From Octopus sinensis (Eukaryota), in the NCBI RefSeq assembly GCF_006345805.1, contig NC_042997.1, forward strand, positions 174,220,001 through 174,284,000: a stretch of DNA of 64,000 nt. The letters are read 5' to 3'. The position numbers and the translations under genes were made by a program. The notes under the pieces were generated by a model. The model made no database searches and had not been told where the DNA came from. It saw nothing but the letters and a program-made list of their open reading frames with translations. Positions 51,087 to 63,523 of this stretch are shown here, piece by piece (positions within the stretch are counted from its first letter, which is position 1; each line of letters opens with the position of its first letter).

Positions 51087-51631
51087 GGAAGAGGAACAAT
51101 ATTACAGTAGTAAAAATACTAATGTATATTTTATTCCAAGTTTGACGATTTTGAAGGTATCGTGTAACTGTATTGAGATTGTTATTAACACGAGATATTA
51201 CCAAAAATATTGATTAAATTTTCGGAGAATATACTTCTAGATTTCAGAAGGTTTATTTTAATTGTAAGTTGGTTTTAAAACGGATATGTATCGTTAGGTT
51301 CATTAAGAGAGATATGTGTAATGTGGATTATAGCTGTGTAATTCTTGTGGATGAAGGTTAGTGCAATAAAATTATCCTAAGTTGAAATCATAAGTGAGAT
51401 TTGGAAGATATCGTGTAAGTCTATAAGAAATTACATAATCTTTCCTGTGCTAAGTGTGTACTTTTGGTATAAAATAGGCGCAAGTGGAGCTGTGGGATTA
51501 GAAGCTTGCTTCTCAACCACATGGTCCCGAGTTCAGTTACACTGCCACCTTCGGGGAGTGTCTTCTATAGCCTCGGGCCGACCAAAACTTTGTGAGTGGA
51601 TTTAGTAGACGGAAACTGAAAAAGTGCGCCG

Positions 51632-51665
<34 letters not shown>

Positions 51666-51860
51666 ATATATATCATATAATTAAGGGCTAAAGAGGGTTA
51701 TTCTAAAGCCAAATACACTGTTTTATCCACTTATAATCCGCTTCTTACAGGAAAATTGAAACTGAAAACGGGCAACTAACCTTTAGAAAATTTAAATTTC
51801 GTTATCTCTATATTGAATCAATTTCGGACTTAATCTTATAAAAAAAAGATATATATATAT

Positions 51861-52425
51861 AAAATTTAAAGGACTGACCACTAAAAGTGGACGGTCAATA
51901 TGCTCGATATAGACGTCAAAATCGCTATTTTCCACGAAGAATGTGTTCTCAAGAAAAAACTCAGCACAAAACCAAAGCGTAAAAAATCAGCAAAACAAAT
52001 GAAAATATACGAACTAAAAACGATTATCTATGTACCGATCAGTTTCACTTGTTAATATTCACGTATATGCATACGCGAAAATCTGCGGACACAGATAAAT
52101 ATAAATTGTTGAACTCTATGCATGCGGGACTCCGGTCAAACGTTATGTATCTAGTTCTGGAAATTATGTTTGTATACGACAGACTATGCTGATGAGCTTG
52201 CAGAATTTCGCGGATGCATATACGTGAATATTAACAAGTGAAACTGATCGGCACATAGGTAATCGTTTTTATTTCGTATATTTTCATTTGTCTTGCTTAT
52301 TTTTTACGCTTTGGTTTTGTGCTGAGTTTTCTCTTGTGAACACATTCTTCGTGGAAAATAGCGATTTTGACGTCTATATCGAGCATATTGACCGTCCACT
52401 TTTAGTGGTCAGTCCTTTAAATTTT
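51861..52425. mobile_element. Foldback with ~226-bp inverted arms (MITE-like or inverted PLE pLTR pair)
   Basis: 51861-52086 is the near reverse complement of 52200-52425, with a 113-bp spacer. Confidence 0.93.
52184..52258 (+). ncRNA. Minimal type-I hammerhead motif spanning the spacer and right arm of the foldback
   Basis: CTATG-CTGATGA-GCTTG...CAAGT-GAAA-CT[GATC]GG-CA-CATAG. The triplet is GCA in this copy, but the left arm read on the minus strand has GTA at the same site (52033-52035). Confidence 0.65.
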
Positions 52426-52538
52426 GTATGTAAAATATATTTTAATCTTCGGATTTTTTTAATATGCTAGGCCACTGGTTTTAATTGATTAATATCAATT
52501 TCTATCCTTATTCAATTATATATATATACATATGTATA

Positions 52539-52643
<105 letters not shown>

Positions 52644-52882
52644 CATATGTATGTGTGTGTGAGCTTTGTGTCTGTGTTTGTCCATCACTACCGCTTGACA
52701 ACCGGTGTTGATATGTTTACGTCACCGTAACCTAGCGGTTCGGCAAAAACCGACAGAATAAGTACTAGGCTTCAAAAAATAAGTCCTCGGGTCGAGTTAT
52801 TCGGCTAAAATCCTTCAGGGCGGTGCTCCAGCTTTGCCGCAGTCAAAAATGACCGAAACAAATAAAAGATATAAGCAGATGT

Positions 52883-53100
52883 AAGGCGGCGAGCTGACAG
52901 AATCGTTGGCACACCGGGGAAAATGTTTAGCGGTATTCCTTCCGACTTTACGTTCTGAGTTCAAATGTCGCTGGTGTCGACTTTTCCTCTCACCCTTTCG
53001 GGGTCGACGAAATAAGTACCAGTTGAACACTGGAGTGGATGTAATAGGCTTATCCCCCACCTCCGAAATCACTGGCCTCGTGCCAAATGTTGAAATCCTA
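52883..53100 (+). mobile_element. SINE family B variant with alternative 3' end
   Basis: AAGGCGGCGAGCTGACAGAATCG...GGGGTCGACGAAATAAGTACCAGTTG...CTGGCCTCGTGCCAAATGTTGAAA. Confidence 0.88.
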
Positions 53101-53592
53101 TTAGCAGATGTAATTTCGAAGGAAGTGTTAGATGGAGATGTGATCTGGGTCATGTCTGGTCGATTCTAATCTGGTCTAGTCTGGCAACAAATGTGTACCG
53201 AGAGCAATTAGTGTGGCTAAGTGTCAGAATTATGTAATATATATTTCATTGGAGGCTGTAAACTAAATAAATGGGTAAAGGTCAATAAAGAGATTAGGCA
53301 TACGGGTGAGTAGATGGCACAGGTGAAAGAAAAGGGTAGAAATGGGGTGGAGAAAATAATTAAAATTTATGAGATTGTATATTGGATATAACTAATTATA
53401 AGGTCAAGAAAATAGCGATACCTTAGCGTAGTTCAAGGTATTTTGTAAAAGACCTGACTTTAACAATGTGCCATATGGAATTTATGTCATTATTTAACAT
53501 AATTTCATTACGATACATAAACATTGTTGATGTCTATCCATTTACAAACTACACTGAACTGCGCTAAGTTATTGCTTTTTTTCTCGTCCTTA

Positions 53593-54001
53593 TAGTGGCC
53601 TATATCCAATAAATATTGTCATTAAAATTTTTTATATATTTTCTTCGTTCCCTAAGTAAATGTTACTTTTAAGATTACTTACCTGTATGCTTAATCTGTT
53701 TCTTGATCTTTACTCATTTATTTAGTGCATTATCATAAATGATATAAAAATAGAGGTTTTTCTTTTAACAAATTATGAAACCTATCACACACACTACATT
53801 CTTAGTGGCCTACTTATTGTCATTAAATTTTTATTTGTTTTCTCTGTTCCCTCAGTAAAATTTTCTTTTACGTCGTTTTATCTGTATGCGTAATCCGTTT
53901 CTTGGTCTTTACCCGTTTATTTAGTGCACTATCACAAATGATATGAAATAGAAGGGTTTGTTTTTAACAAATTATGAAACGTATCATACACACCACATTC
54001 T
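53593..54001. repeat. Diverged two-unit tandem duplication (~200-210 bp)
   Basis: TAGTGGCCTA...TTGTCATTAAA...TTTATTTAGTGCA.TATCA.AAATGATAT...TTAACAAATTATGAAAC.TATCA...CACATTC at 53593-53802 and 53803-54001. Confidence 0.88.
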
Positions 54002-54479
54002 TTTGATGACGCTTTCTTCCTATAAAAAACATTAGCAAATAAAGGCTCTTTTACTGTTGAACAAGGTATTATACAAAACGTAAAAGATAACACCGTGTAC
54101 TAATGCTAGAACAGAGTACAAAACACTTAATATGCATCTTTTCAAAGCTATCAACCTCATACAATCCCTCTTAAGCCAATAAAATTCTACCAAAGAAAAA
54201 GAAAAATTGATTACAATAATTGAAATGAAATGGACTTTAGACTCGTACTTAATTAACACAATCCAATAAAAGCAATATGTCTTGCAAACATCTTGCACGT
54301 GCAAGTGCTACCAGTCAAAAACTCCGCATACCGGAAGCCAGCAAGTGTATGGGGTCATCAGGAGAGAATGTGCGCCGTTTCGGGGCCTACCTCTCAATGG
54401 CATCCATGCGCACCGGCCTCCCTCTCACTGATATGAGGCCCCGCTTGCTAGATCAGCTTGTTATCAAATAAAGCTCAAT

Positions 54480-54895
54480 ATTCTTTTAGCCATCGCTCAT
54501 CGTCTCTTTTTAACCAAATCCAGCGGCTAGCCTTCTCCACTGTAGTTTGGATATCGGTCATGATAGTATTGACTTTACTATGAGTTAGGCCTAGCGATAA
54601 CAACGGTCATCTCACACTCTGTCCAACAAACCCTCTACATCTGACTTCGATTGGAAAATGCTCTGCTTTGCAGCCTGCGTCCTCACATTCCCCGAGGAGG
54701 TTTACATAACAGTCAATCTTTCGAGCCCGAGCGGCGTCCATATTATCTTCATGAGGAACCGTTAACTCGACTAGATTTACAACTTTCCTTCTTTCACACC
54801 ACATCAAAATGTCTGTTTTTTTCGTAACTGGGATGAGAAAGAATCCCTGGCACCCAGTAAACTTGCTGTAACCTCCCAATGGCCGTTCCACTTTT
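54480..54895 (-). mobile_element. HERO/R2-superfamily RLE retrotransposon 3' fragment
   Basis: DILMWCERRKVVNLVELTVPHEDNMDAARARKIDCYVNLLGECEDAGCKAEHFPIEVRCRGFVGQS, then IQTTVEKASRWIWLKRDDERW. Confidence 0.8.
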
Positions 54896-55499
54896 CATAT
54901 ATATATAAAAGACATCGCACAATTCTTACTAAGCAACAAGTGAATTAAAGTACAATCAATATAAAAAATTATGAACCATATTTACACCAACATCCTAACA
55001 TAGGATTTGTATTTACCAGTTGCATTTACTAATCATACTTAATCTATCTAGAAACATACTTAGATAAAGATTAAAAAAATTACTTCCTTAAAAGATATAA
55101 AATACCTACCTGAACAGAAATCAAGTTTAGACAATAATTCAACTAGTGCTTAAAATAGAAATTAAATAACAAGAATATCGTATACTAATCTTTTTGTCTC
55201 AATGACTACTAAAACGGAGTCAGTCAAACAAAACGATAAAGCCATTACATTCATGTTTACTGAAAGAAAAAACAAATAAAGTTTAAATAACTTAAAGAAA
55301 AATCACGAACGTTAGTTACTCCAACAAGCTAAGCAATGTTTTACATGAAACTGCCAGGTCCTCTCAAAAATTGACCATTTATCTCAGCAGCCCTAATAAA
55401 AAATCTGAAGATTAGCTTCACCGCCAATATAGGTGGTGATAAATACAAGGGGAGATAAGCATCACTGAAACTGCCAAGTGTCTCTCGCTGTGAACACAG

Positions 55500-56300
55500 C
55501 AAAACGAAATATAAAACTTATTAATGGCTAAAGAGAGTCGAAAATAAGTTTAATATTCAGTTGTAGATTTAGAATAACTTTGATTAATTTTAAAAATAAA
55601 TAATTTATTATGGTAACGATGAAGATTTTAAATTACTAATTAATAATTTATATCGATAACCCTGACTAACCATATACTTCATCAATTGTACCGCTTTATA
55701 AATTAATGAACAAGGTATATAATATGGCTGCATCTAGAAATATGACTGGAAACCAACTTACGCTCCATTCTAACTAGGATTTAAACTAACGGCTTTTTTA
55801 TAAACTTTGTTTACAACAGATCACCATTGTGTGTAAATAGTTAACTGCATCCACAACATTTCTGCTTGCCTCTACATATTTGGATAAAGTCTATAATAAA
55901 CAGTTTAAAAAGCTGTAATTGGGAACAAACATATCAACCCTCAAGCTGTTTAACCAAAACCTAGATCTTTCACTACAAGCACTGCTTTAAAAATCGAAGT
56001 TACAATAACATAAATACATGTCAGGGATTAATATTGCCGCCTTAGAAATTCCTTTAATCTGCTTAAATATCGTATGCGCAAAAGCGACCTGTGTGTTATT
56101 AAAAGTAAACCTAATTATATCTTTTAATTCTATATTAGTCCAACAAATACACATGTTATATCTTATTCTAGGTTTTTTTTTTAAAAAAAGCATACTTCGT
56201 TTAGGAGTGCTTAAAATTGCTAAAGAGTAGAAAGCACATTCTCATGCCTAGTAGGAATCAAAGAAAACTTTTATGGTATATTTTTCCATACATTCCATGC
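55500..56300 (-). mobile_element. Highly degenerate Penelope-like reverse transcriptase remnant
   Basis: WTNIELKDIIRFTFNNTQVAFAHTIFKQIKGIS resembles the PLE N...F....YKQ..GIPMG motif. Many stops; boundaries are approximate. Confidence 0.5.
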
Positions 56301-56602
56301 TAGATGTAATGTTCCATAATAAACTTAATTCATGAAAATAACTGCATTATGCTTTGCGGAAGGTGACCTAACGACAATTAGGTCATGCTTCATTAACTAG
56401 AAAAAAAATAATACTTGCTTAATGGGGTTTTTTTCTAATCCCAGCAATAAATCTGTTTCCTGAAGACAACCTATGTAATTTTGGAAACCAGAGCAATTTA
56501 GGAATGCTTCCGTTCTCTTCCTCAACTTCAAAGATCACCGTTTGTTCTTCATTTGCATATTAATTCATTAATATCCACCGACATCACTATATATCTCTGT
56601 GT

Positions 56603-56673
<71 letters not shown>

Positions 56674-57593
56674 GCACAGGTTTTCTTGAACTCTGTCAAT
56701 ATGTTTCTAGTACTCCTTCTTGCTTTGTGATGCTTGTTGATATCCTCGGTCTTTGAAAACAATTCTTTTAGATATTCTGAGTAATTCCATCTGCTTCAAA
56801 GTTATAAATCCGAGTGATGGTAAGCCGCGTCGGAGCCTCCGTTTGGAACTTCCGCTTAAACTGTCTTTGCAGTTTTCTACTGCGTTTTCAACTTCCAGGC
56901 AGGACTTTAGAAAAAACTTCCATTGTCGAAAGCTTATCCTTGCACTTTAATGGGTTAAATCTAAAATGAAAATTTAGGGTGAGTTTTCAGCTGTTAAAGT
57001 ATAAGTATATCTTTTGGAGACACACACACACACACAACGCATGTGTGTGTATATATATATATTTACATATATACACACATATATACAAGGTACGTGAAAT
57101 CCGGAAACGTAGAGTAGAGAAAGTCGTCGAAACAAATAGCGAGGAACAGAGAAACTGAAAGGCATAGATAAGCAGAAATTTAGATATTCAAGAAAGAAAT
57201 GTTTTAAATCATTAGGATTATTTACATAATCTCCAAACTAATTAACTAAGCGTTTAAATAAACCATAACATCGAATAATAACAGAGGTTGATAAAAAAAC
57301 GCTACCGTAAATCTCTAAGAAATGACGATAAATAACTGAAATGGACGAAAATGTAATAAGCTGATTCTATAGGGATTCGGTATTAACAAAATAAATTGTT
57401 TTGCAACAAAAGACTTAAGCCGCTCAACAGGTATGTTATTGGGGACGTGGAGAAGAGACAGTATTAAATAAAACTCTGATATCTATTTAACAAAACCAGA
57501 ATTCCAAATGCTGTAGATTATATTATACTAATACTTCCCTTTGGAACTTCGTATGTTTAAAGTTAATGTATATTTACGCATACGTAGTAAAAA

Positions 57594-57966
57594 TCTTTAT
57601 ATATATAAAGCTGAAGTTGTCTGTGTATGGCAGGTTTGGTAGCCTTCAACTAACATTATCTCCTCCGAGACTCTGCGGCGCAAGTTAACCAAAATTGAGA
57701 GTTTGGTAGAAGGCTTGCTCTTCATTCCGTAGAAGAAATAATCCAAATCGGACCATGTTAACACCAAAAATTATTTACATCAAAAACGTGCTTTTTTTTC
57801 TATGAAAATCCAGATTGCTTTCGATTTTTTTACTGCTGTGTCGCCATTTTTCGGTGTATTTCAACCAGAAAAATGTTCACTTAAAGAGAATAACAAGCTA
57901 CATAATGCAAAATTTTTACTTTTCAAAAATTCCAATTCTAAAGGGTCGAAACAAACACGAGCAACG
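57594..57966 (+). mobile_element. Non-autonomous Helitron, second family, 3'-truncated
   Basis: A|TCTTTATATATATAAAG start as at 12470. It ends ACAAACACGAGCAACG, where 12470-12839 has ACAAACCCGAGCAACGCCGGG...CTAG. The interiors differ. Confidence 0.7.
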
Positions 57967-58479
57967 TAAAAAAATGTGAATACGCTTATACGTACATACA
58001 AGCATATATATTAGGTGGGAATAAAAGCCCTGTTGCATTTTTAACTCGCTTGCTTTGAGAGTACATTTTCAATATTTACAGTAACATTTCTTTTTATATT
58101 CTCTTTAGCTTTGTTTTCATTCTCTGCACATTAATTTATACCATAGTGGTTAAAGCCTTTTAAAATTAATTTAGATCAAACCCATATTAGACACTGCATA
58201 TTGTAATAAATTCAAAAGGAGCAATAGAAGCGACAAGATATATATTCATTCTCTACGGAAAAGAAGATTTAATTGTCTGGACATACCATTGATGGTTTGA
58301 CTAGTTTACCTCGAGAAATTTTTTCTCGAGGAATCACTTCGTTCTGTTCTGTAACGTTCTGCAAAAAGAAAGCTTCTAAATTTCTAAACAAAGAAAACAG
58401 TACGATTCTAATCACTCTTCGACCATAAAACATATGACTTATGAAAAGTATTTAAACTTCGTTAGTGGGTCTCTCTTCA

Positions 58480-59095
58480 TCTGATGGCTTCACAGATCAG
58501 TTAAAGAATTGGCGCGTCTTCTCTCCATTGAAGAGTCGCTGCCATTCCTGGGTAGAATAATCCCAAGTTTTGAAAAGTGGGTTTCCAATAATCATATCCA
58601 TCGAAAATCATATCCATCGATAGCGGTTATCACCCAATGAAAAAAGAAGTCTCTTTACAAACCAGGACTTTACTAGAAATAATTATGCTCTGATTTTTGG
58701 AGGAATATGAACGGTGTCGCCTCTCATAAAATGTTAAATCAAAATGAAGCGATTAATGCGCAAAATTGGAAATAATGCACAAATGTTCGTAAAAGAGTGT
58801 GGCTCTTTTAGGATAAATAAAAAGAGTATATTGTCCAAGTAACTCAGTAGGAGATTATGGCACTAAATATAAAGTTTTGCCAAATCCTCTTTACGCTCTT
58901 GACCTTGCTCCATCTAACTGTTATCTTTTCGGATCATTACAAAATTTTTTAGAAAGGAAAACAGGCTTGTTAATTATGAAGAGGTTAAACGTAATAATGA
59001 TTTTTCTTTCTTTCACGCCCGAGGAATCAACAATTTAGCAAATAGATAGGATTATGTTATCAATAAAGAAGATAAATACTATCTTGATTAAATTT
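58480..59095 (+). pseudogene. Very degenerate mariner transposase
   Basis: DLAPSNCYLFGSLQNFL...YEEVK...GINNLANR...NKEDKYYLD* at 58880-59090. Confidence 0.55.
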
Positions 59096-59292
59096 ATCAA
59101 TAAGACTAAAGAAGCATTTGATTCCTTCTCACTTGTAAGTGCTACAAGACTTTCTTCCCAAAATATTACATATAAACACATACAAATATACACACGTGAC
59201 AATGCACACACACACACACACGTATACATTTGTAGCTGTGTGTGGATGTGTGTGTGGATGTACGTATGCATATGTATATATTTAGATACACT

Positions 59293-59370
<78 letters not shown>

Positions 59371-59634
59371 AACGATCGTGATTTCGATTTCTGAACAGGG
59401 TGACAAATTTTGTAGTCGAATAAAGAACATCATTCTACTTGCTTCCGTCCACTCAGCGGAAAGTAACGGAGAAATGGTTTCAAGACGAGTGTTGATGCAG
59501 CTCTCCATCCTGCCGGTTGTCACGTGTTCTTTTTTCTTCTGAATCAAATCTAGGAAAGCTGAATAGGTGTTTATATCTACTGCTGATTACAAAGGCACCT
59601 AAAACAATTAAGGAATCTAAGGTACATGTCACCA

Positions 59635-62235
59635 AGTTAGTTAGTTAGTTAGTTAGTTAGTTAATTTGGCTCAAAAGCAAAAAGCAAGGCCATGTAGGGG
59701 GACATGGAGTTAAGTACAGGGTGGTGTTCATGTAAAGAGTTCAGGCCACTTGAGGTCCAGGGAGGCTTTGAACAAAGCGGTCGTCGGCATCTTCACCATC
59801 TCGTCTGGCAGCTTGTTCCACGGATCCGCAACCCGGACGGAGAAAGCTCCTCTCCTTCGATTGAGATGAAATCGTCGCAGGTAGAGCTTTTCGGAATGAC
59901 CCCGCAGCCGACGCTCCGGAGCAGGAGTGAAGAACAGCTCTTTCGAGAGGTTACACTTCCCGCTTATGATGTTGTGGGCGAGAATGAGATCACCACGGCG
60001 GCGGCGTTTTTCAAGAGAACAAAGGTCGAGCGTCCTCAGCCTTTCTTCGTAGGACAAATTTTTGAGACCATGAACCATGCGGGTAGCCAGCCTCTGGACT
60101 CTTTCGAGGTGCTGTATGTCTTTGAGGAGATAAGGAGAAGAGGCTGGAATCCCATACTCCAATATGGGTCTCAGCAGCGTGACATAGAGTGGCAGGAATA
60201 TGGCTGCTGTGAGCATTCCGAATGACCGTCGAATCAAAAACAGAATTCCTCGCGCTTTGTTGGCAGCATGGACGCACTGGGCCGAAGGCGAAAAGGAGAA
60301 TCCACCAAGATACCCAGGTCCTTTACCTGATCGGTCCTCTCCAGCAGCAGACGACCCGGCTCGAAATCAAGTTGAGTTGCAGGAGTAGAGCCGACAGGCA
60401 GATGACAGCACTTTGACACGTTCAGACACAGGTCCCAATCGTTAGACCACTTCCAAATTTGGTGGAGGCATCGACGAAGATCCTCTATACTACCGCGAGG
60501 AGCGACCAGTTTGATATCGTCGGCAAATAGAAGGGTGTGTTGCGTGAGGTCGTCGGGCAAGTCATTTATGAAGACTAAGAACAACAAGGGCCCAAGCACT
60601 GAACCTTGAGGCACGCCACTCTGCTCGCACTGGAGACGTCGGACCGCGAACCATTAACTTGAACTTGGAAGGAGCGATCTGAGAGGAAGGCACCAACCCA
60701 TCGTACAATATCCGGATGGAAACTATATGCTTGAAGCTTGACAAGTAGTAGGCGGTGGTTTACCGAGTCAAAAGCTTTGGCAAAGTCCAATAAAACGATG
60801 TCAACAGCATCACTATCATCGAGGATGCGCGTCACCAATTCTTCCATTACTAGTAAGTTGGTCAAGCATGATCTCTTCGGCACGAAGCCGTGTTGGGAAT
60901 CAGTGATCGAGGCTGTGTTTAGGAGGTGGAGCATCATACTTTTCTTAAGGATGGTTTCGAACATCTTGCTGATTATTGATGTAAGGGAAACCGGTCGGTA
61001 GTTAAGCGGGTCTTCGCGGCTCCCTTTCTTGAAAATTGGGCAGATTATCGCTGTTCTCCAGTCTGCAGGTATAACACCCGTCGCCAATGACATATTGAAT
61101 AGTCGTGTTAAGGGCTCGCAGATGACCGGAGCCAACGCTTTGATAACCGTGGGTGTATGCCGTCAGGGCCGTGACCCTTGTTGACATCGAGGCCTTGAAT
61201 AACACGTTTGACTTGGTCCCGCGTGATGATCAATCGAAGCATTGGAGGTACCGATCTATCAAATGGAGGGGGTTCACGACCATCATCTTGTTTGAAAATA
61301 GTTGAAAAAGCCTCGGCAAATAATTGACTCTGTTGATAAGGGTCCTCAATCGATACGCCTGTTGAGTCTACCAACGTTGCAATCTGGTTGTTCAAGCGGG
61401 AATTCCGCTGGACATGGGCAAAGAAGGTTTTTGATTGCTACTGGCATTTGCCGCGATTTTGTATTCATAACTGAAGCGTTCTTTCTTTTCTTTTCAATTT
61501 TCACGGCTCGGTCTCGTTGAGTTTTGTACACCTCAAAAGCTGCAGCCGAATCCAGATTTTTGAATTCAGCCCAAGCAATATCTCTGAGTCGACGTTCTCG
61601 TTTAACCTTCTTCGTCACCCAGGGCTTGTGTTTCTTCCTCTTGGGAAGTCCAACGGAACTGCCTGGTCAGTCAAACAGATTGCATATGCTTTGAGGGATG
61701 ACCATAGTTCGTCAACTGAGGACAACGTCATCAGGGAACGCCAGTCCAGAAGCGCGGAAGCCTCGGTTAGAATTTCAAGATTAATTGCAGAGAAGACTCT
61801 ACGTGGCAGCGAAGTAATCGTGGGCGTGGAAAAAGTTGTGTGCATGACGAACTTCAGGACCGCATGATCACTCTTGGCAAGAGGGGCGCACACAGATACG
61901 TCTGACACTGATCTTGGATAGCGGGAGAATACCAGATCTAGCATAGATGGCTGCTGCCCAGACCGATGCCTTGTCGGATATTCAACATGTTGCGATAGAA
62001 AACAATCTTCAGCCACGTCAAGAAGGGCCTGGCCGAACCGGGAAGATGTGTGTACAAATTGATGCGGGCCAATCGATCGTGGGAGCGTTGAAGTCGCCTA
62101 GTACCAAGCAGACATGCGAAGCTGAAACGAATCTTATCGCTTCGAGTAGATGAGCATCGTCCTGGGGGTCGGCTAGAGGCGGCCTGTAGACAGCCAACAC
62201 GGGCAGGCAAAACTCAGATAGGCTCAGCTTGCAAA
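59635..62235 (-). mobile_element. CR1/L2-group LINE, 5'-truncated ORF2 (APE + RT + C-terminus), 3' stem-loop and (CTAA)7 tail
   Basis: APE motifs AVYRPP, VLGDFNAPTIDW, PTR...LDLVFS and SDH. RT motifs PIFKKG...NYRPVSLTS, QHGF, LDFAKAFDSV, SGVPQGSVLGP and LLFADDIKL. Stop at 59728. CCATGT/ACATGG hairpin at 59690-59707; (AGTT)7 at 59635-59662. Confidence 0.97.
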
Positions 62236-62283
62236 TATTCATCTGCAAGTGATGAGTGTAGTTTTATATACATGCACAGATAT

Positions 62284-62960
62284 ATGAGGGGGGAACCAAA
62301 AGAAACCGGAATTATACATTATTATTGTATTAACTTAGTTTTAAATTATTACACTTTTATCGCCTTCAAGGTATTCTCCATTTGAAGCAATGCCTCGGCT
62401 CAGGTGTTTTCCACTATTCGAAGCAGTGCTGGAATTCTTGCAAAGTTCTAACTTTTAACGCTTCCGTTATTTTTTCTTCAACTGCTAATTCTATAACACC
62501 AGGTTCCGTGATCAGTGATGATCTTCAAAAAAAAAAAAAAAAGGTCCGGATCAACTTCCAGCTGTTCTTTCAGTTCACGCATTCAATTTTGACTGGTTTT
62601 GATCTTACGTGATCAAGCGAGGCACAAATTTTGATGCAACTCTTTTCGTTCGCAATTCCTCGCTCAAAATTCGTTGGCAGGAGTTCCAGGACACACTAGT
62701 CACATAAACAAGTTCGTCAATTGTTCGTTGACGGCCCTCCAAGGTAAATTCATGAATTATCATGAGGTTTTCACTCGTTCGAGAGATCGACGGTCACCCT
62801 GAACGAGCTTGGTATTCAAGCGACAAGTGACCATTCCTCGGGAGGTCGACGGTTGTCCTGAATGAATTTGGTCTTCAAGCGACATGTGATCATTCCGAAA
62901 GCGTGGAAAGCACTCGTAAACTTGTGTTTGCTCATAGCAGCCGTTTGAAGCATGACAACT
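62284..62960 (-). pseudogene. Internally deleted mariner element
   Basis: IHEFTLEGRQRTIDELVYVTSVSWNSCQRILSEELRTKRVASKFVPRLIT*DQ (HTH) and C-terminal FQHCFE*WK...ASNGEYLEGD*. TA-flanked TIR-like end at 62284. A 60-bp internal tandem duplication at ~62788-62898. Confidence 0.8.
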
Positions 62961-62973
62961 GTTTCGGCAGCCG

Positions 62974-63055
<82 letters not shown>

Positions 63056-63173
63056 GTGTGTGTGTGTCTGTATATTTATATATGATATATATATATATAT
63101 GTATATATATGTATGTATGTATATATATGTATGTATGTGTATGTATGTATATTTATATATGTATGTATATATA

Positions 63174-63206
<33 letters not shown>

Positions 63207-63479
63207 ATCATATATATATATGTTTTCGTAATTAAATAAAAAAACAAGGCTGTGTAGATCTTAGAACATTTATAGATAGATGGTCTTACAGCTGTTCCAG
63301 GATATTCATTATATCCTTCATTGGAGATGGTGTGAGAGGATGGTTAAGAAATAGTTAATTTAGATAAGATATAAAATAGAGAGTGAGATTGAGGAAATAA
63401 ACGAAAATAGATGTGAGATATGTAGGGATGGTGTATTTGTAGATTAGTAGATCAGTATATATCTGATATTTGTGTGTGT

Positions 63480-63523
<44 letters not shown>

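Noticed and set aside
54351-54390. GAAAC...CTGATGA on the minus strand in the HERO-like 3' UTR
   Set aside because: The order would require a type II hammerhead, but the flanks (CCCC on both sides) cannot form stem II and there is no valid stem I or III.
59635-59662. (TTAG)n as a telomere-like repeat
   Set aside because: Not TTAGGG. Its position directly after the LINE 3' UTR identifies it as the retrotransposon tail.
59704-62153. Plus-strand ORFs overlapping the LINE (e.g. 59704-60225, 173 aa)
   Set aside because: Antisense shadows of a GC-rich coding sequence.
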